64,000 bases of DNA from Opitutia bacterium UBA6410. GTDB lineage: Bacteria > Verrucomicrobiota > Verrucomicrobiia > Opitutales > Intestinicryptomonadaceae. The stretch lies in the NCBI GenBank assembly GCA_002437405.1, contig DJPO01000006.1:6207-70206 (forward strand), written 5' to 3'. Of this stretch, positions 43,214 through 53,173 are shown in pieces. The notes under the pieces are model-generated. The model was not told the origin of the DNA, did no database searches, and was given only the letters and a program-made list of their open reading frames with translations. The number at the start of each line of letters is the position of its first letter. Position 1 is the stretch's first letter. The position numbers and the translations under genes were made by a program.

Positions 43214-46171
43214 ATGGCAAAAGAATCAAGAAAACGCGGTCAAAAACTCGGCGAGATTGTCGGGCGCAGACGCCCCGTGCTCGGCTCGGTTTTGATATTC
43301 GCGGCGTTCATTTTAATAGTCTCCGCGCTCTCCTACGCGCCGAGCCAGAACATATTTTTCAAACCGTGGTTTTCGTCGTTCCTTCCCACGACCGAAATTT
43401 ACGGCAACAACCTTTGCGGCGCATTCGGGGCGACCTTCACGCTGATGGCTTTGATATGCTTCGGCGCGGCGGCGTACACCATTCCGATTTACGTCTTCTG
43501 GACGGGGCTTCTGCTCTGGCGCAGGCGCGCAAACGGCATTTCCAAGCTCGAGCTGTTTTCGATTTTCGGGGGCGTGCTCTTCTTTTCGATTTTCTGCGCG
43601 TCGCTTCAGGCGGGCGTCGAGGCGTCGGGGACTCAGAGCGCGTACTGGCCGCTCGGGTGGGGCGGAAAATTCGGGACTGTCGTTTTCGACAGCCTGCTAA
43701 GGCCGTTTTTGGACGTGTTCGGAAGTGCCGCGCTCGCGGGCGTGCTCTTCCTTTTCTGCTCGATTGTCGTATTCGTGGACAGCCCCAAAGACGCGGCAAA
43801 GGAGCTTGCGGGGGCTGTGAAAAATTCTCCCTCCGCGTTTTTGCGCGTCGGGCGTTTCTTTTATAAGTGCATTGCGTTTTTCCCGTCCTTGTGCTGGCGG
43901 GATGTGCGCCGCAAGCGCGCTGCGCAAGGCGAATCCGCGCAAACCGCGCAACAGCCCGCCCAGCCCGTTCCGCAACCCGCACCCGCCGCGCAGCCCGCGC
44001 CGCAGGTTCGCCCGACTCCCGAAAAACTCCCCAAGGCAACCCGCGCGGAAATCGCCGCGGCGACCGACATTGCCGACGGAGTCCTCTCGGGCGCGGAGGG
44101 CTTTGCCGAACCCGCCGAGCATTCGTCGAAAATCGGCGGAGTTTTTTCCGACGGAAAAATAAAAGCCCCTATTAGCGACTTTTCCTCGAGGTTCGACTCC
44201 GACGCCGACGAAGAGGATTTTACTTTTGTGCCGTCCGCCCAGTCTGCGGAAGCGGAGTCCGAACAGACCCAATCCGACGGCGCGGAAGGCGAACCCGCGT
44301 ACGCTCCCGAAGAACGCGAAATGCCGCAAGGGCGGCAATCCGCCGAAGAATCCGTCGCGGAGTCTTTCCCGCAGCCTGCGGGCGCGGACTCTTCCGCCCA
44401 ACCCGAGCCCGCGGCTTCGGAAGCCGACGACATTGCGGACTCCGAAGTTTCCGAGGAAGCGGAGGCAGCGGCAACCGAATCCGCCGCGTCTGCCGCGCAA
44501 GCCGATTCGGGCGAGATTGACTTAAGCCATATCCCGACCCCCAAGCCTCGCCAGACTCCCGCCGCGCCACAGTCCGCCGCACTGCGCGTCGAGGAGGCTT
44601 TCAAAAGCGAAAAGTACGAGCCCAAGCCGCGCCCGAAAATTGCGGGCGGCTTCGTCTTCCCGTCCACCGATTTGCTCGACCAATCCCCCGCCGAGTCCGC
44701 CTCCGAGCGCGAAAACTACGAGGAGCGAATGACGGAAATCGTAACTACAATCGCCAACTTCGGCATATCCGTAAAGCCCGTCAAGGCGTCTTCGGGCCCC
44801 GTCATCACGCGCTACGAAGTCCGCCCCGCAACGGGCGTGCGCCTCAACAGAATCGCGAATTTGGAGGACGACATCGCCCTCGGAATCTGTGCCCAGAAAG
44901 TCCGCATTGTCGCGCCTATCCCGGGGCAGGGGACGGTCGGCATCGAAGTGCCGAACAAGCACAGAAGCATGGTGCGCGTGCGCGAAATCATCGAGTCGCG
45001 CGAATGGAACGAGAGCAGGGCGGAAATTCCCGTCGCGCTCGGCAAGGACATCACTGGCGTGCCGATTGTCCTCGATTTGGCGAAAATGCCACACGCGCTG
45101 ATTGCGGGCTCGACGGGCAGCGGCAAGAGCGTCTGCATAAACTCGATAATCCTTTCGCTGCTATTCAAAATGACGCCCGACGACCTGCGCTTCATAATGG
45201 TAGACCCGAAGGTCGTCGAAATGCAGATGTACAATTCGCTGCCGCATATGCTCATTCCCGTGGTCACCGACCAGCGCAAAGTTCCCGCTGCGCTCAAGTG
45301 GCTCACGGGCGAAATGATGCGCCGATACAGGATTTTCAAGGAGACGAATGTCCGCAACATCGCGGGCTTCAACGCCAAAATACGCAAGGACGAACAGGCG
45401 GAGGAGGCCGCGCGCGAATCCGACGCCGCGATGACTCCCGAAGAACGTACCGCGCTCGCCGACACCGAAAATGCGGAAGAGCCCGAACTCTTCGACGGCT
45501 TCGAAATCCCCAAGAAAAAACTGCCGTACATCGTCTGCATTATAGACGAGTTGGCGGACTTGATGATGGTCGCGGGCAAGGAGGTCGAAGGCTCGATAGC
45601 CCGCCTTACGCAGCTCGCGCGAGCCGCGGGTATCCACCTTATCGTGGCGACGCAACGCCCGTCGCGCGACGTCATTACGGGGCTTATCAAGTCGAACCTG
45701 CCGACGCGAATCGCCTTCAAAGTGGCTTCGCAAATCGACAGCCGCACGATTCTCGACCACAAGGGCGCGGAAACGCTCATCGGCTACGGCGATATGCTCT
45801 ACATCAACAACGGCTCGGCGGATATGATAAGAGCTCAGGGCGCGTTTATGTCCGACGAGGAAATCGGGCGCGTCGTCGAGGCTCTGAAAGTAAACGGCGA
45901 GCCGCAGTACGCCGAAGAAGTTCAGGCGGAAATCGAGCGCGCTGGCGAGGACGAAGACGACGACTGCGGCGGCGGCGAAGAGGGCGACGACCCGATGTTT
46001 GCGAAGGCGGTCGCTCTTGTCAAGCAGAGCAAAAAGGCGAGCACGTCGTTTTTGCAGCGCAAGCTCGGAATCGGCTATCCCCGTGCCTCGAAGATTATCG
46101 ACGAAATGGAGGAGCGCGGAATGATAGGCCCCGACGGCGGCCCGGGATCTCCGCGCGAAATCTATATGTAG
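43214..46171 (+). CDS. ftsK: DNA translocase FtsK/SpoIIIE
   Basis: It has N-terminal TMs, a Pro/Ala/Glu-rich linker, a motor domain with GSTGSGKSV and IIDELADL, and a C-terminal gamma wHTH domain (SFLQRKLGIGYPRASKIID). Confidence 0.95.
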   Translation: MAKESRKRGQKLGEIVGRRRPVLGSVLIFAAFILIVSALSYAPSQNIFFKPWFSSFLPTTEIYGNNLCGAFGATFTLMALICFGAAAYTIPIYVFWTGLLLWRRRANGISKLELFSIFGGVLFFSIFCASLQAGVEASGTQSAYWPLGWGGKFGTVVFDSLLRPFLDVFGSAALAGVLFLFCSIVVFVDSPKDAAKELAGAVKNSPSAFLRVGRFFYKCIAFFPSLCWRDVRRKRAAQGESAQTAQQPAQPVPQPAPAAQPAPQVRPTPEKLPKATRAEIAAATDIADGVLSGAEGFAEPAEHSSKIGGVFSDGKIKAPISDFSSRFDSDADEEDFTFVPSAQSAEAESEQTQSDGAEGEPAYAPEEREMPQGRQSAEESVAESFPQPAGADSSAQPEPAASEADDIADSEVSEEAEAAATESAASAAQADSGEIDLSHIPTPKPRQTPAAPQSAALRVEEAFKSEKYEPKPRPKIAGGFVFPSTDLLDQSPAESASERENYEERMTEIVTTIANFGISVKPVKASSGPVITRYEVRPATGVRLNRIANLEDDIALGICAQKVRIVAPIPGQGTVGIEVPNKHRSMVRVREIIESREWNESRAEIPVALGKDITGVPIVLDLAKMPHALIAGSTGSGKSVCINSIILSLLFKMTPDDLRFIMVDPKVVEMQMYNSLPHMLIPVVTDQRKVPAALKWLTGEMMRRYRIFKETNVRNIAGFNAKIRKDEQAEEAARESDAAMTPEERTALADTENAEEPELFDGFEIPKKKLPYIVCIIDELADLMMVAGKEVEGSIARLTQLARAAGIHLIVATQRPSRDVITGLIKSNLPTRIAFKVASQIDSRTILDHKGAETLIGYGDMLYINNGSADMIRAQGAFMSDEEIGRVVEALKVNGEPQYAEEVQAEIERAGEDEDDDCGGGEEGDDPMFAKAVALVKQSKKASTSFLQRKLGIGYPRASKIIDEMEERGMIGPDGGPGSPREIYM

Positions 46172-46189
46172 CCTGTTTGTCCGTTGTCG

Positions 46190-46225
46190 AAAAAAAGGCG
46201 AATCCCGAGGGATTCGCCTTTTTTG
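46190..46225. terminator. Bidirectional terminator between ftsK and the convergent hydrolase gene
   Basis: AAAAAAAGGCGAATCCC...GGGATTCGCCTTTTTT. The stem is flanked by an A-run and a T-run. Confidence 0.75.
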
Positions 46226-46243
46226 TCGGGCTTCGAAGTCGCG

Positions 46244-48322
46244 CTATTTCAGACCGAGCAGGAAGTCCGCTATGTCCGAAAGCATCTTGTCCGAGCCTTT
46301 GGTTTCGAGCTTGCAGTCGATTTTTCTGTCCGCGCAGATTTCCGCGAATTTTTCGCAGAATACGGGCGAATGCACTGCGTCTTTCCAGCCTTCGTTTTGG
46401 AGGATTACGAGGCTCGGGGCTTTTGCCTTTTCGACGTTTTTAGCCAAATACGCGGGCGAGTATTTTTGTATGTTTGGCAGCGCCTTTTCGCGGTTTGCGA
46501 GAAATTCCGCGAAGCTTTTGTAGCCGAACGCCCTTTGCCCGTAGTCGATGTCGGCAATCCAGCTTTTCATTTCGGCGGGGTCGAGCGACGTTTGCGGGAC
46601 GTTTACCCCGACCGCCGCGATTTTACCCGCCGCGCCCGAGAACCCGAGGTACAGAGCGGAGCACGCGCCAGCCGAGCCGCCGCTTACGGCGATTTTTTCG
46701 GGGTCGATATTCCACTTTGCGGCGTTTTGTTTTACGAACTTCACAGCCGCCGCGCAGTCCGCCATAGTGGCGGAGACGGGTGGGAAGATGTCGGCGTCTT
46801 CGGCGTCCTGCAAATAGCGGTAGTTGGCGCAGATTACCGCGACGCCCTTGTCCAGCAGCTTGTCGAGCGATTTTTCGACGAATCTGTCTTCCATTGCGCC
46901 TGTCATCCAGCTGCCGCCGTGGAAGTATACGACTGCGGGCGTTTTATTTTTTGCGTTTTTCGGAAGCCAGACATCGACCTTGTTCTTATAGTGCGAGCCG
47001 TAGGAAACGTTTTCAAAATCCGCCGCGCGTACTTTGCACTGCTTCTTCGTGGTGCAGTCGAAATAGATATATTCGTTTGCTGGGCGGCGTCCGAAAACCG
47101 AGGCGATTGCGCGCAAATAGTGGTCGCCCTCGCGAATGTCGGGCAGAAGATACGAACCTTCCGTGTATTCGTTCCAAGCGTTGACGAGAATCGCCTTGGG
47201 GTGCGAATACTGCGCGTAGTGCTTGGCGTCCTTGAGGATTTTTTCGAAGAGGGCGGGATTGTTGTTTTTGAATATCGGTCCATAGGGGTAGGTCGCCCCG
47301 TCGACCCACGGGAATTGCGCGGTCGCGCGGCAGCGTTGCGACGAGTCCCAGCCCATTGTCGCAACGGGAATGTACGCAATCGCGGCTTCCTTCATCATTT
47401 CCGCGAATTTTTTGTGCGCGGGAACGGCGTCGGCGTATTCGTAGAAAAGTCCGTCGCGCTTTTTGTCGAAGAACGCTTCGTGGTAGGCGTTGATATTGTA
47501 GCGCGTGGCGTTTTCGAAGCCCGCTTCGGCGAGAAGTTTTGCCGCGCCGACGGGGTCGCTCGAGTCTATCATTGCGTTCCAGCAGACGGGCGGGAGTCCG
47601 TTTTGCTTCATTCTCTCGGCGGCCTTGTCGAACATCTTTTTGACTTTCGCCGCGCCGCCGTAGTCCTTTACGAAGTTGAGCGCGTTGTACATCGAGTAGA
47701 ACGGACGCCCGTCAACCGTGTAGTATTCGGGACGCTTGAAGTAGTTTTTTATGCAGTAGTCGAGCATTTCGAGGAAGTCCTCCTCGGTGCGCGCGAGCGT
47801 CATCAAATTCACGCGCGGGGCGGTCGGCTCGGGGCGCAACCCGTTTGCCCTGTCGTGGTACGCCCACATAATAGCGAACTTCATTTTGTCGCGGTTGGGG
47901 GCTTTCAAAAAGCCCTGCTCAAGCGACTCCTCCATCGTGCGCTTGCCGCCGTACCAGTACCAGTCGTAGAGGAATACGGTAATGCCCGCGTTTGACGCCA
48001 AGTCGATTTCCTTCGCAACGTCTGCGGGATTTTTGCCGTCGAGATACCCTGGGAGCGGGACATACGGCAGTTTGTGCCCTTTGAATCGGGGTATTGCGGT
48101 CTTCACAAATTCCCATTCCGTCCAGCCCTTGCCGAACCATTTTTCGCCGTACGGATACGTGTGCCAGTGTGGATAGTAGACGCACATTACGTCGAGCTTG
48201 TCGCCGTTCGCGTCGGATTTCGCGGAGTCGGCGTTCGCCGCGCAGCCGCCCGCTGCAAGCGCGATTGCAGTGGCGACGGACGAAAGTATCGGAAGTTTTT
48301 TCAGTCTTGCTATTATTTTCAT
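46244..48322 (-). CDS. Exported fusion protein: WbsX-like glycoside hydrolase domain plus alpha/beta-hydrolase (esterase) domain
   Basis: The signal is ...ALAAGGC. The N-terminal domain YYPHWHTYPYGEKWFGKGWTEWEFV resembles the WbsX family. The C-terminal domain has VVYFHGGSWMTG and SGGSAGA esterase motifs. Confidence 0.6.
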   Translation of the reverse strand: MKIIARLKKLPILSSVATAIALAAGGCAANADSAKSDANGDKLDVMCVYYPHWHTYPYGEKWFGKGWTEWEFVKTAIPRFKGHKLPYVPLPGYLDGKNPADVAKEIDLASNAGITVFLYDWYWYGGKRTMEESLEQGFLKAPNRDKMKFAIMWAYHDRANGLRPEPTAPRVNLMTLARTEEDFLEMLDYCIKNYFKRPEYYTVDGRPFYSMYNALNFVKDYGGAAKVKKMFDKAAERMKQNGLPPVCWNAMIDSSDPVGAAKLLAEAGFENATRYNINAYHEAFFDKKRDGLFYEYADAVPAHKKFAEMMKEAAIAYIPVATMGWDSSQRCRATAQFPWVDGATYPYGPIFKNNNPALFEKILKDAKHYAQYSHPKAILVNAWNEYTEGSYLLPDIREGDHYLRAIASVFGRRPANEYIYFDCTTKKQCKVRAADFENVSYGSHYKNKVDVWLPKNAKNKTPAVVYFHGGSWMTGAMEDRFVEKSLDKLLDKGVAVICANYRYLQDAEDADIFPPVSATMADCAAAVKFVKQNAAKWNIDPEKIAVSGGSAGACSALYLGFSGAAGKIAAVGVNVPQTSLDPAEMKSWIADIDYGQRAFGYKSFAEFLANREKALPNIQKYSPAYLAKNVEKAKAPSLVILQNEGWKDAVHSPVFCEKFAEICADRKIDCKLETKGSDKMLSDIADFLLGLK

Positions 48323-48448
48323 AAGAGGGAAAGCTTACGGTGATTAAGTTAACGCGTCAACTTAAATTACGGTCAAAAAAATTTTTTTCGGAAAATTACT
48401 TGACAGGGCTGCAGGAATTTTTTGAATAAGGGCATATCATCTGATGAT

Positions 48449-49129
48449 ATGACAAAAAACACGGGCATATTGAAGGTAGAAAAGAAATCGCTTGCCGACG
48501 AAGTTTCGGGACTTATCCAGAAACGCATATCGTCGGGCGAAATGCCCGTGGGCACGAAGCTGCCTACCGAAAAGGAGCTTTCGGATATGTACGGCGTCGG
48601 GCGTTCGACCGTCAGGGAAGCCGTGAGCGTTTTGGCGAACATCGGACTTTTGCGGGTAATGCAGGGCAAGGGGACTTTTGTGGTGTCGCAATACGCGACC
48701 AACGAGCCAATCGCCCAGCGGCTCAAGCGCGCCCAAAGCTGCGACTTGGACGAAATCCGCCAAATCCTCGAAATGAAAATCGCCGAAAAGGCGGCTCAAA
48801 AGCGCACGAAGGCGGACATAAAAAACATCGAGGCGCGGCTCGCGGAAATCGCCGAGGCAAACGAATCGGGCGACTTGGAAAAGAGCATCGACGCCGACAT
48901 AAAATTCCACACCGCAATCGCCGAGGCCTCCCACAACGAAATTTTGCTGGAGTTCTACGAAATGGCCTCCGCGTATCTGCGCCAGTGGTACGCGCAAATC
49001 TACCGCTCTTCGGAAATCTTTGCGTCGGCGTACGGGCTGCATTCGGAGCTCGTTGTAAAAATCGCCGAGCGCGACTGCACCGGCGCGTGGAATGTCGCCG
49101 AGGAGATTATCAAGCACGGCAGGGCATAG
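48449..49129 (+). CDS. GntR-family transcriptional regulator (FadR/FCD type)
   Basis: The GntR HTH is LPTEKELSDMYGVGRSTVREAVSVL, followed by a helical FCD-like C-terminal domain. The first ATG is 48449. Confidence 0.85.
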   Translation: MTKNTGILKVEKKSLADEVSGLIQKRISSGEMPVGTKLPTEKELSDMYGVGRSTVREAVSVLANIGLLRVMQGKGTFVVSQYATNEPIAQRLKRAQSCDLDEIRQILEMKIAEKAAQKRTKADIKNIEARLAEIAEANESGDLEKSIDADIKFHTAIAEASHNEILLEFYEMASAYLRQWYAQIYRSSEIFASAYGLHSELVVKIAERDCTGAWNVAEEIIKHGRA

Positions 49130-49169
49130 ACTTTTTTAAACAATAACCAACAGGAAAGGAAAAAATAAA

Positions 49170-50651
49170 ATGGCAAATTATTTCAACACATTGCCGCTGA
49201 GAGAAAAACTCAGACAGCTCAATCAGGCGCAACTTATGGAGCGCAGCGAATTCGACGGCGGCGTCGAAGCCCTCAAGGGCAAGAAAATCGTCATCGTCGG
49301 CTGCGGCGCGCAGGGGCTCAATCAGGGTCTCAACCTCCGCGACAGCGGCTTGGACATCTCCTACGCACTCCGCCAGTCGGCTATCGACGAAAAGAGAGCT
49401 TCTTGGAAGAACGCCACGGGCAACAATTTTAACGTCGGCACTTACGACCAGCTCATTCCCACCGCCGACTTGGTAATCAACCTCACCCCCGACAAGCAGC
49501 ACACCAACGTCATTTCCGCCGTTATGCCGCTGATGAAGCACGGCGCGGCGCTCTCCTACTCGCACGGTTTCAATATCGTCGAAGAAGGCATGCAAATCCG
49601 CAAGGACATCACCGTTATCATGGTCGCCCCCAAGGGCCCCGGCACTGAAGTCAGAGCCGAATACCTCAGAGGCTTCGGCGTTCCCGCGCTCGCGGCAGTC
49701 CACCCCGAAAACGACCCCGAAGGCAAGGGCTGGGCGTATGCAAAAGCGTACTGCGTAGGCTTGGGCGCGAACAAGGCTGGCGTTCTGAAATCCTCCTTCG
49801 TCGCCGAAGTTAAGTCCGACCTCATGGGCGAACAGACGATTCTCTGCGGACTCCTCCAGACCGCCACGATTCTCTGCTTCGACAAGATGGTCGAAAACGG
49901 AATCAACCCCGCGTATGCTGCAAAGCTCGGCCAGTACGGCGTCGAAGTCATCACCGAAGCCCTCAAGCACGGCGGCATCACGGGCATGCTCGACAGACTC
50001 TCCAATCCCGCCAAAATCAAGGCGTACGAATTGGCTCAGGAACTCAAGGGTATTATGCGTCCGCTCTTCCGCAAGCATCAGGACGACATTATGTCGGGCG
50101 AATTCAGCAGCACGATGATGGAAGACTGGAAAAACGGCGACGCAAAGCTCCTCAAATGGCGCGAAGAAACGGGCAAGACCGCTTTCGAACAGACTCCCGC
50201 AGGCGATATGAAGATTTCCGAACAGGAATACTTCGACAACTACCTGCTCCTGTCGGCGTTCATCACCGCGGGTATCGAACTTGCGTTCGAAACCATGTGC
50301 GAAGCCGGTATCCAGCCGCCGTCCGCATACTACGAATCGCTGCACGAAACCCCGCTTATCGCCAACACCATCGCGCGCAAGAAGCTCTACGAAATGAACC
50401 GCGTCATTTCCGACACCGCCGAATACGGCAACTATCTTTTCTATAACGCCTGCAAGCCCCTGCTCGCCGACTTTATGAAAAAGATTACCCCCGAGCTCTG
50501 CGGCAAAAACTTCAACGAAGGCAAGGACGGCAGCGTCGACAACGTGGCACTCGTTCGCGTAAACGAAGCTATCCGCAACCACCCCGTGGAAATCGTCGGC
50601 ATCAAATTGCGCAAGTACATGACCGCAATGAGGCCGATTAAGACTCTGTAA
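49170..50651 (+). CDS. ilvC: Ketol-acid reductoisomerase (class II, long form)
   Basis: It is collinear with E. coli IlvC, sharing MANYFNTL..., [21 protein letters not shown] and [11 protein letters not shown]. 493 aa. Confidence 0.96.
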   Translation: MANYFNTLPLREKLRQLNQAQLMERSEFDGGVEALKGKKIVIVGCGAQGLNQGLNLRDSGLDISYALRQSAIDEKRASWKNATGNNFNVGTYDQLIPTADLVINLTPDKQHTNVISAVMPLMKHGAALSYSHGFNIVEEGMQIRKDITVIMVAPKGPGTEVRAEYLRGFGVPALAAVHPENDPEGKGWAYAKAYCVGLGANKAGVLKSSFVAEVKSDLMGEQTILCGLLQTATILCFDKMVENGINPAYAAKLGQYGVEVITEALKHGGITGMLDRLSNPAKIKAYELAQELKGIMRPLFRKHQDDIMSGEFSSTMMEDWKNGDAKLLKWREETGKTAFEQTPAGDMKISEQEYFDNYLLLSAFITAGIELAFETMCEAGIQPPSAYYESLHETPLIANTIARKKLYEMNRVISDTAEYGNYLFYNACKPLLADFMKKITPELCGKNFNEGKDGSVDNVALVRVNEAIRNHPVEIVGIKLRKYMTAMRPIKTL

Positions 50652-50666
50652 TCGGGTCGATATTCT

Positions 50667-50715
50667 GCGGCGGCGGGGAGTCTTTCGGGATTCCCCGACC
50701 GCCGCAAATTTTTTG
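50667..50715 (+). terminator. Rho-independent terminator of ilvC
   Basis: GC-rich hairpin GCGGCGGCGGGGA...TCCCCGACCGCCGC, followed by AAATTTTTTG. Confidence 0.65.
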
Positions 50716-50732
50716 TTTAAAAATTTCGGTAT

Positions 50733-52166
50733 ATGGAAGTTGTTTCGGTAAATTCTCTAAAAATCCGCTACGGTGCAAAGGAAGTTTTCGGCGGATTGGA
50801 CTGGAAAATCTCGCGCGGCGAAAACTGGGCGGTATCGGGCGAAAGCGGTACGGGCAAGTCGTGCCTGCTCAAGGCGGTTGCGGGGAAAATCGAATACTCG
50901 GGCGAAATAAAAAAATCTTTCGCCGAAAACGGACAGCCCGCCGAGGCATTGTACGTCGATAATTGGTACAAGTTCACGAACCTTGAGGGCGACAGGAATT
51001 TTTATTACCAGCAACGCTACAACTATCACGCCGAACAGGACACCCTCACCGTTTTCGGGGAACTCGAAACATACGGCAAGGAGCGCAATCTGGATATTTC
51101 GGCGGTCGAGCCGATTCTCGAGCGGTTCGGATTCGCCAAGTGCCGCCAGACGCAGCTGATAGAGCTTTCGAGCGGCGAACACAAAAAACTCCAACTTGTA
51201 AAAGCCCTGTGGCTCAAGCCGCAAATACTGCTGCTCGACGACCCGTATACGGGCTTGGACGCAGCCTCGCGCAAGGCGTTAAACGACATTCTCGACGAAG
51301 AGTGCGCCGCGGGCACGACCCTTGTAATCGCGACCAACGATACCGAACTTCCGTCGTCGATAAACCGCTTTGCGGTAATCGATGGCGGGCGGATTTCCGA
51401 AAGGGGCGGAGTCGAAAAAATCGGCGAAACGCCCGTAGTCCACAAACCCGTTCCCGAGTTTTTGAAGCTTTCGCCCGAAATTCCGTCGGAAACGTTTATA
51501 GATATGCGCAACATCACCGTGAGATACGGCGAAAAGGTCGTTTTGGACAATGTGTCGTGGACAGTAAAGGCGGGCGAAAAGTGGCTTTTGCAGGGGCGCA
51601 ACGGCTCGGGGAAATCGACGCTGCTGAGCCTCGTTTGCGGCGACAATCCGCAGGCGTACGGCAACGACATACGCCTTTTCGGACAAAAGCGCGGCGGCGG
51701 CGAGAGCATTTGGGACATCAAAAAGAAGATGGGCATAATCTCGCCCGAAATGCACTGGTACTTCGACACGAACGCGACGGTTTGGAATTCGGTCGCGTCG
51801 GGGCTGCTGGACACGATGGGGTGGTATCTGGACGTGAGCTTTTCGGACGGGAAGAAAATCGACGAAACCCTCGAATTTTTCGACCTTTCCGCCGACAGGG
51901 ACACGCTGTTGAGCTCCCTGCCGCTGGGCAAGCAGCGAATGGCGTTGCTCGCGCGCACGGTCGTAAAAAATCCGCAACTGCTGATTCTCGACGAGCCGTG
52001 TCAGGGCTTGGACAACGCGCAGACCCAGCGTTTCAATTCGGCTCTCGACGATTTGGCGGAATACGGAAAGACGATAATCTACGTCGGGCACTACGAAACG
52101 CGTCTGCCCAAATGTTTGACCCACAAGCTCGAACTCGACAAGGGCAAGGTGCTGTCGGTCGGGTAA
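50733..52166 (+). CDS. modF: Tandem ABC ATPase without TM domain (ModF-like)
   Basis: It has two ABC cassettes (GESGTGKS/LSSGEHKK; GRNGSGKSTLLSL/LGKQRMAL/LILDEP). The second half parallels E. coli ModF (GDNPQAYGNDIRLFGQKRGGGESIWDIKKKMG). Confidence 0.65.
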   Translation: MEVVSVNSLKIRYGAKEVFGGLDWKISRGENWAVSGESGTGKSCLLKAVAGKIEYSGEIKKSFAENGQPAEALYVDNWYKFTNLEGDRNFYYQQRYNYHAEQDTLTVFGELETYGKERNLDISAVEPILERFGFAKCRQTQLIELSSGEHKKLQLVKALWLKPQILLLDDPYTGLDAASRKALNDILDEECAAGTTLVIATNDTELPSSINRFAVIDGGRISERGGVEKIGETPVVHKPVPEFLKLSPEIPSETFIDMRNITVRYGEKVVLDNVSWTVKAGEKWLLQGRNGSGKSTLLSLVCGDNPQAYGNDIRLFGQKRGGGESIWDIKKKMGIISPEMHWYFDTNATVWNSVASGLLDTMGWYLDVSFSDGKKIDETLEFFDLSADRDTLLSSLPLGKQRMALLARTVVKNPQLLILDEPCQGLDNAQTQRFNSALDDLAEYGKTIIYVGHYETRLPKCLTHKLELDKGKVLSVG

Positions 52167-52185
52167 TTTTGCGCTTGTGAAAACG

Positions 52186-52215
52186 AAAAAAGCCGCTGTT
52201 CTGGCGGCTTTTTTG
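52186..52215. terminator. Bidirectional terminator
   Basis: AAAAAAGCCGC-tgttct-GGCGGCTTTTTT, between convergent genes. Confidence 0.7.
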
Positions 52216-52288
52216 TGTATTGGGCGTCGTGTGCGCGTTGCGCGTTTTTTTCGCGAGGGTGTACGAACAGCCCAAGCGAGCGGGCGGT

Positions 52289-52825
52289 TTACGCTTTGCG
52301 CCCCATTTCGCGGGCTTCGGCAAGCTTCCCCTCCGAGATGTCGCCGATTCCCGTCGCTCCGACTCCGCGCACGACTCCCTTGAGCGAGCACTTTTCGAAG
52401 CAGGCAATCCACCCGCCGAGCCCGTTGATTGTCCCGTCAACAGCGCCGTCGTCGTCTTCGGCGGCGGAGGCGAGCAGGTAGATGTCCCTGAACTTGTAGT
52501 CGGAGGGGAAGAGCGGATTGGCGCGGTCGAGCAGGGTTTTCATCTGCCCGCTCATTTCGTAGTAATACACGGGGGTTGCGAACGCGATAACGTCGCTGTC
52601 GTGCATTTTTTCGACAATCGCGGGGGCGTCGTCTTTGATTACGCATTTTTGCGTATTTTGGCAGGAAAGACACCCGACGCAAAAGTTGATTGTTTTGCCC
52701 CTCAGCGATACGAATTCGACTTCGTTGCCCGCCGCTTTTGCGCCTTCGGCAAAGGCGCGGGCGAGGGCGTCGGAGTTGCCCGATTTTCTGAGAGTCGTGG
52801 AGATTACGAGAATTTTTTTAGACAT
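52289..52825 (-). CDS. NAD(P)H-dependent FMN reductase / iron-sulfur flavoprotein-like
   Basis: Flavodoxin-like N-terminus MSKKILVISTTLRKSGNSD, a CVGCLSCQ cysteine cluster and a PVYYYEMSGQMK segment. Confidence 0.75.
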   Translation of the reverse strand: MSKKILVISTTLRKSGNSDALARAFAEGAKAAGNEVEFVSLRGKTINFCVGCLSCQNTQKCVIKDDAPAIVEKMHDSDVIAFATPVYYYEMSGQMKTLLDRANPLFPSDYKFRDIYLLASAAEDDDGAVDGTINGLGGWIACFEKCSLKGVVRGVGATGIGDISEGKLAEAREMGRKA

Positions 52826-53173
52826 ATTTTTGTTGTAGTCCGCACATTATACTTCTTTGTTTCCGAAAAGTAAATATCCGCAACTGCCGATTTTCTGCCC
52901 AATCCGACCGCAAAAAAACGGGCGGGATTGCTCCCGACTGCGCGGCGGCAATCGTCGGGGATTTCGCATTTTGAATTGCGAGGATTTCGGGTAAGTCGGA
53001 CTTTTGTGCTTTCGATATTTCCATTGGTAGAATCGGGCAAGTTTTCGGCGCAAATGTATATTTACATTTGCCGCGCTTTTTTGATATTATTATCCCGACA
53101 AAAGCGCGTAGTGCGAACAAAAAATTCGGATTGCGCGCCGCTTTGCCGGATAACTACAATATGGAAAAACGAT

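Noticed and set aside
43437-44667. Multiple 100-270-aa ORFs on both strands within the ftsK linker region
   Set aside because: They fall in the Pro/Ala/Glu-rich low-complexity linker of FtsK, and all are compositional artefacts.
46184-47995. 603-aa plus-strand ORF opposite the glycosidase-esterase gene
   Set aside because: Its low-complexity Arg/Val/Phe-rich sequence has no motifs. The minus-strand product has a signal peptide and recognisable hydrolase motifs.
49110-50582. 490-aa minus-strand ORF over ilvC
   Set aside because: It is an antisense shadow. The plus strand is collinear with E. coli IlvC.
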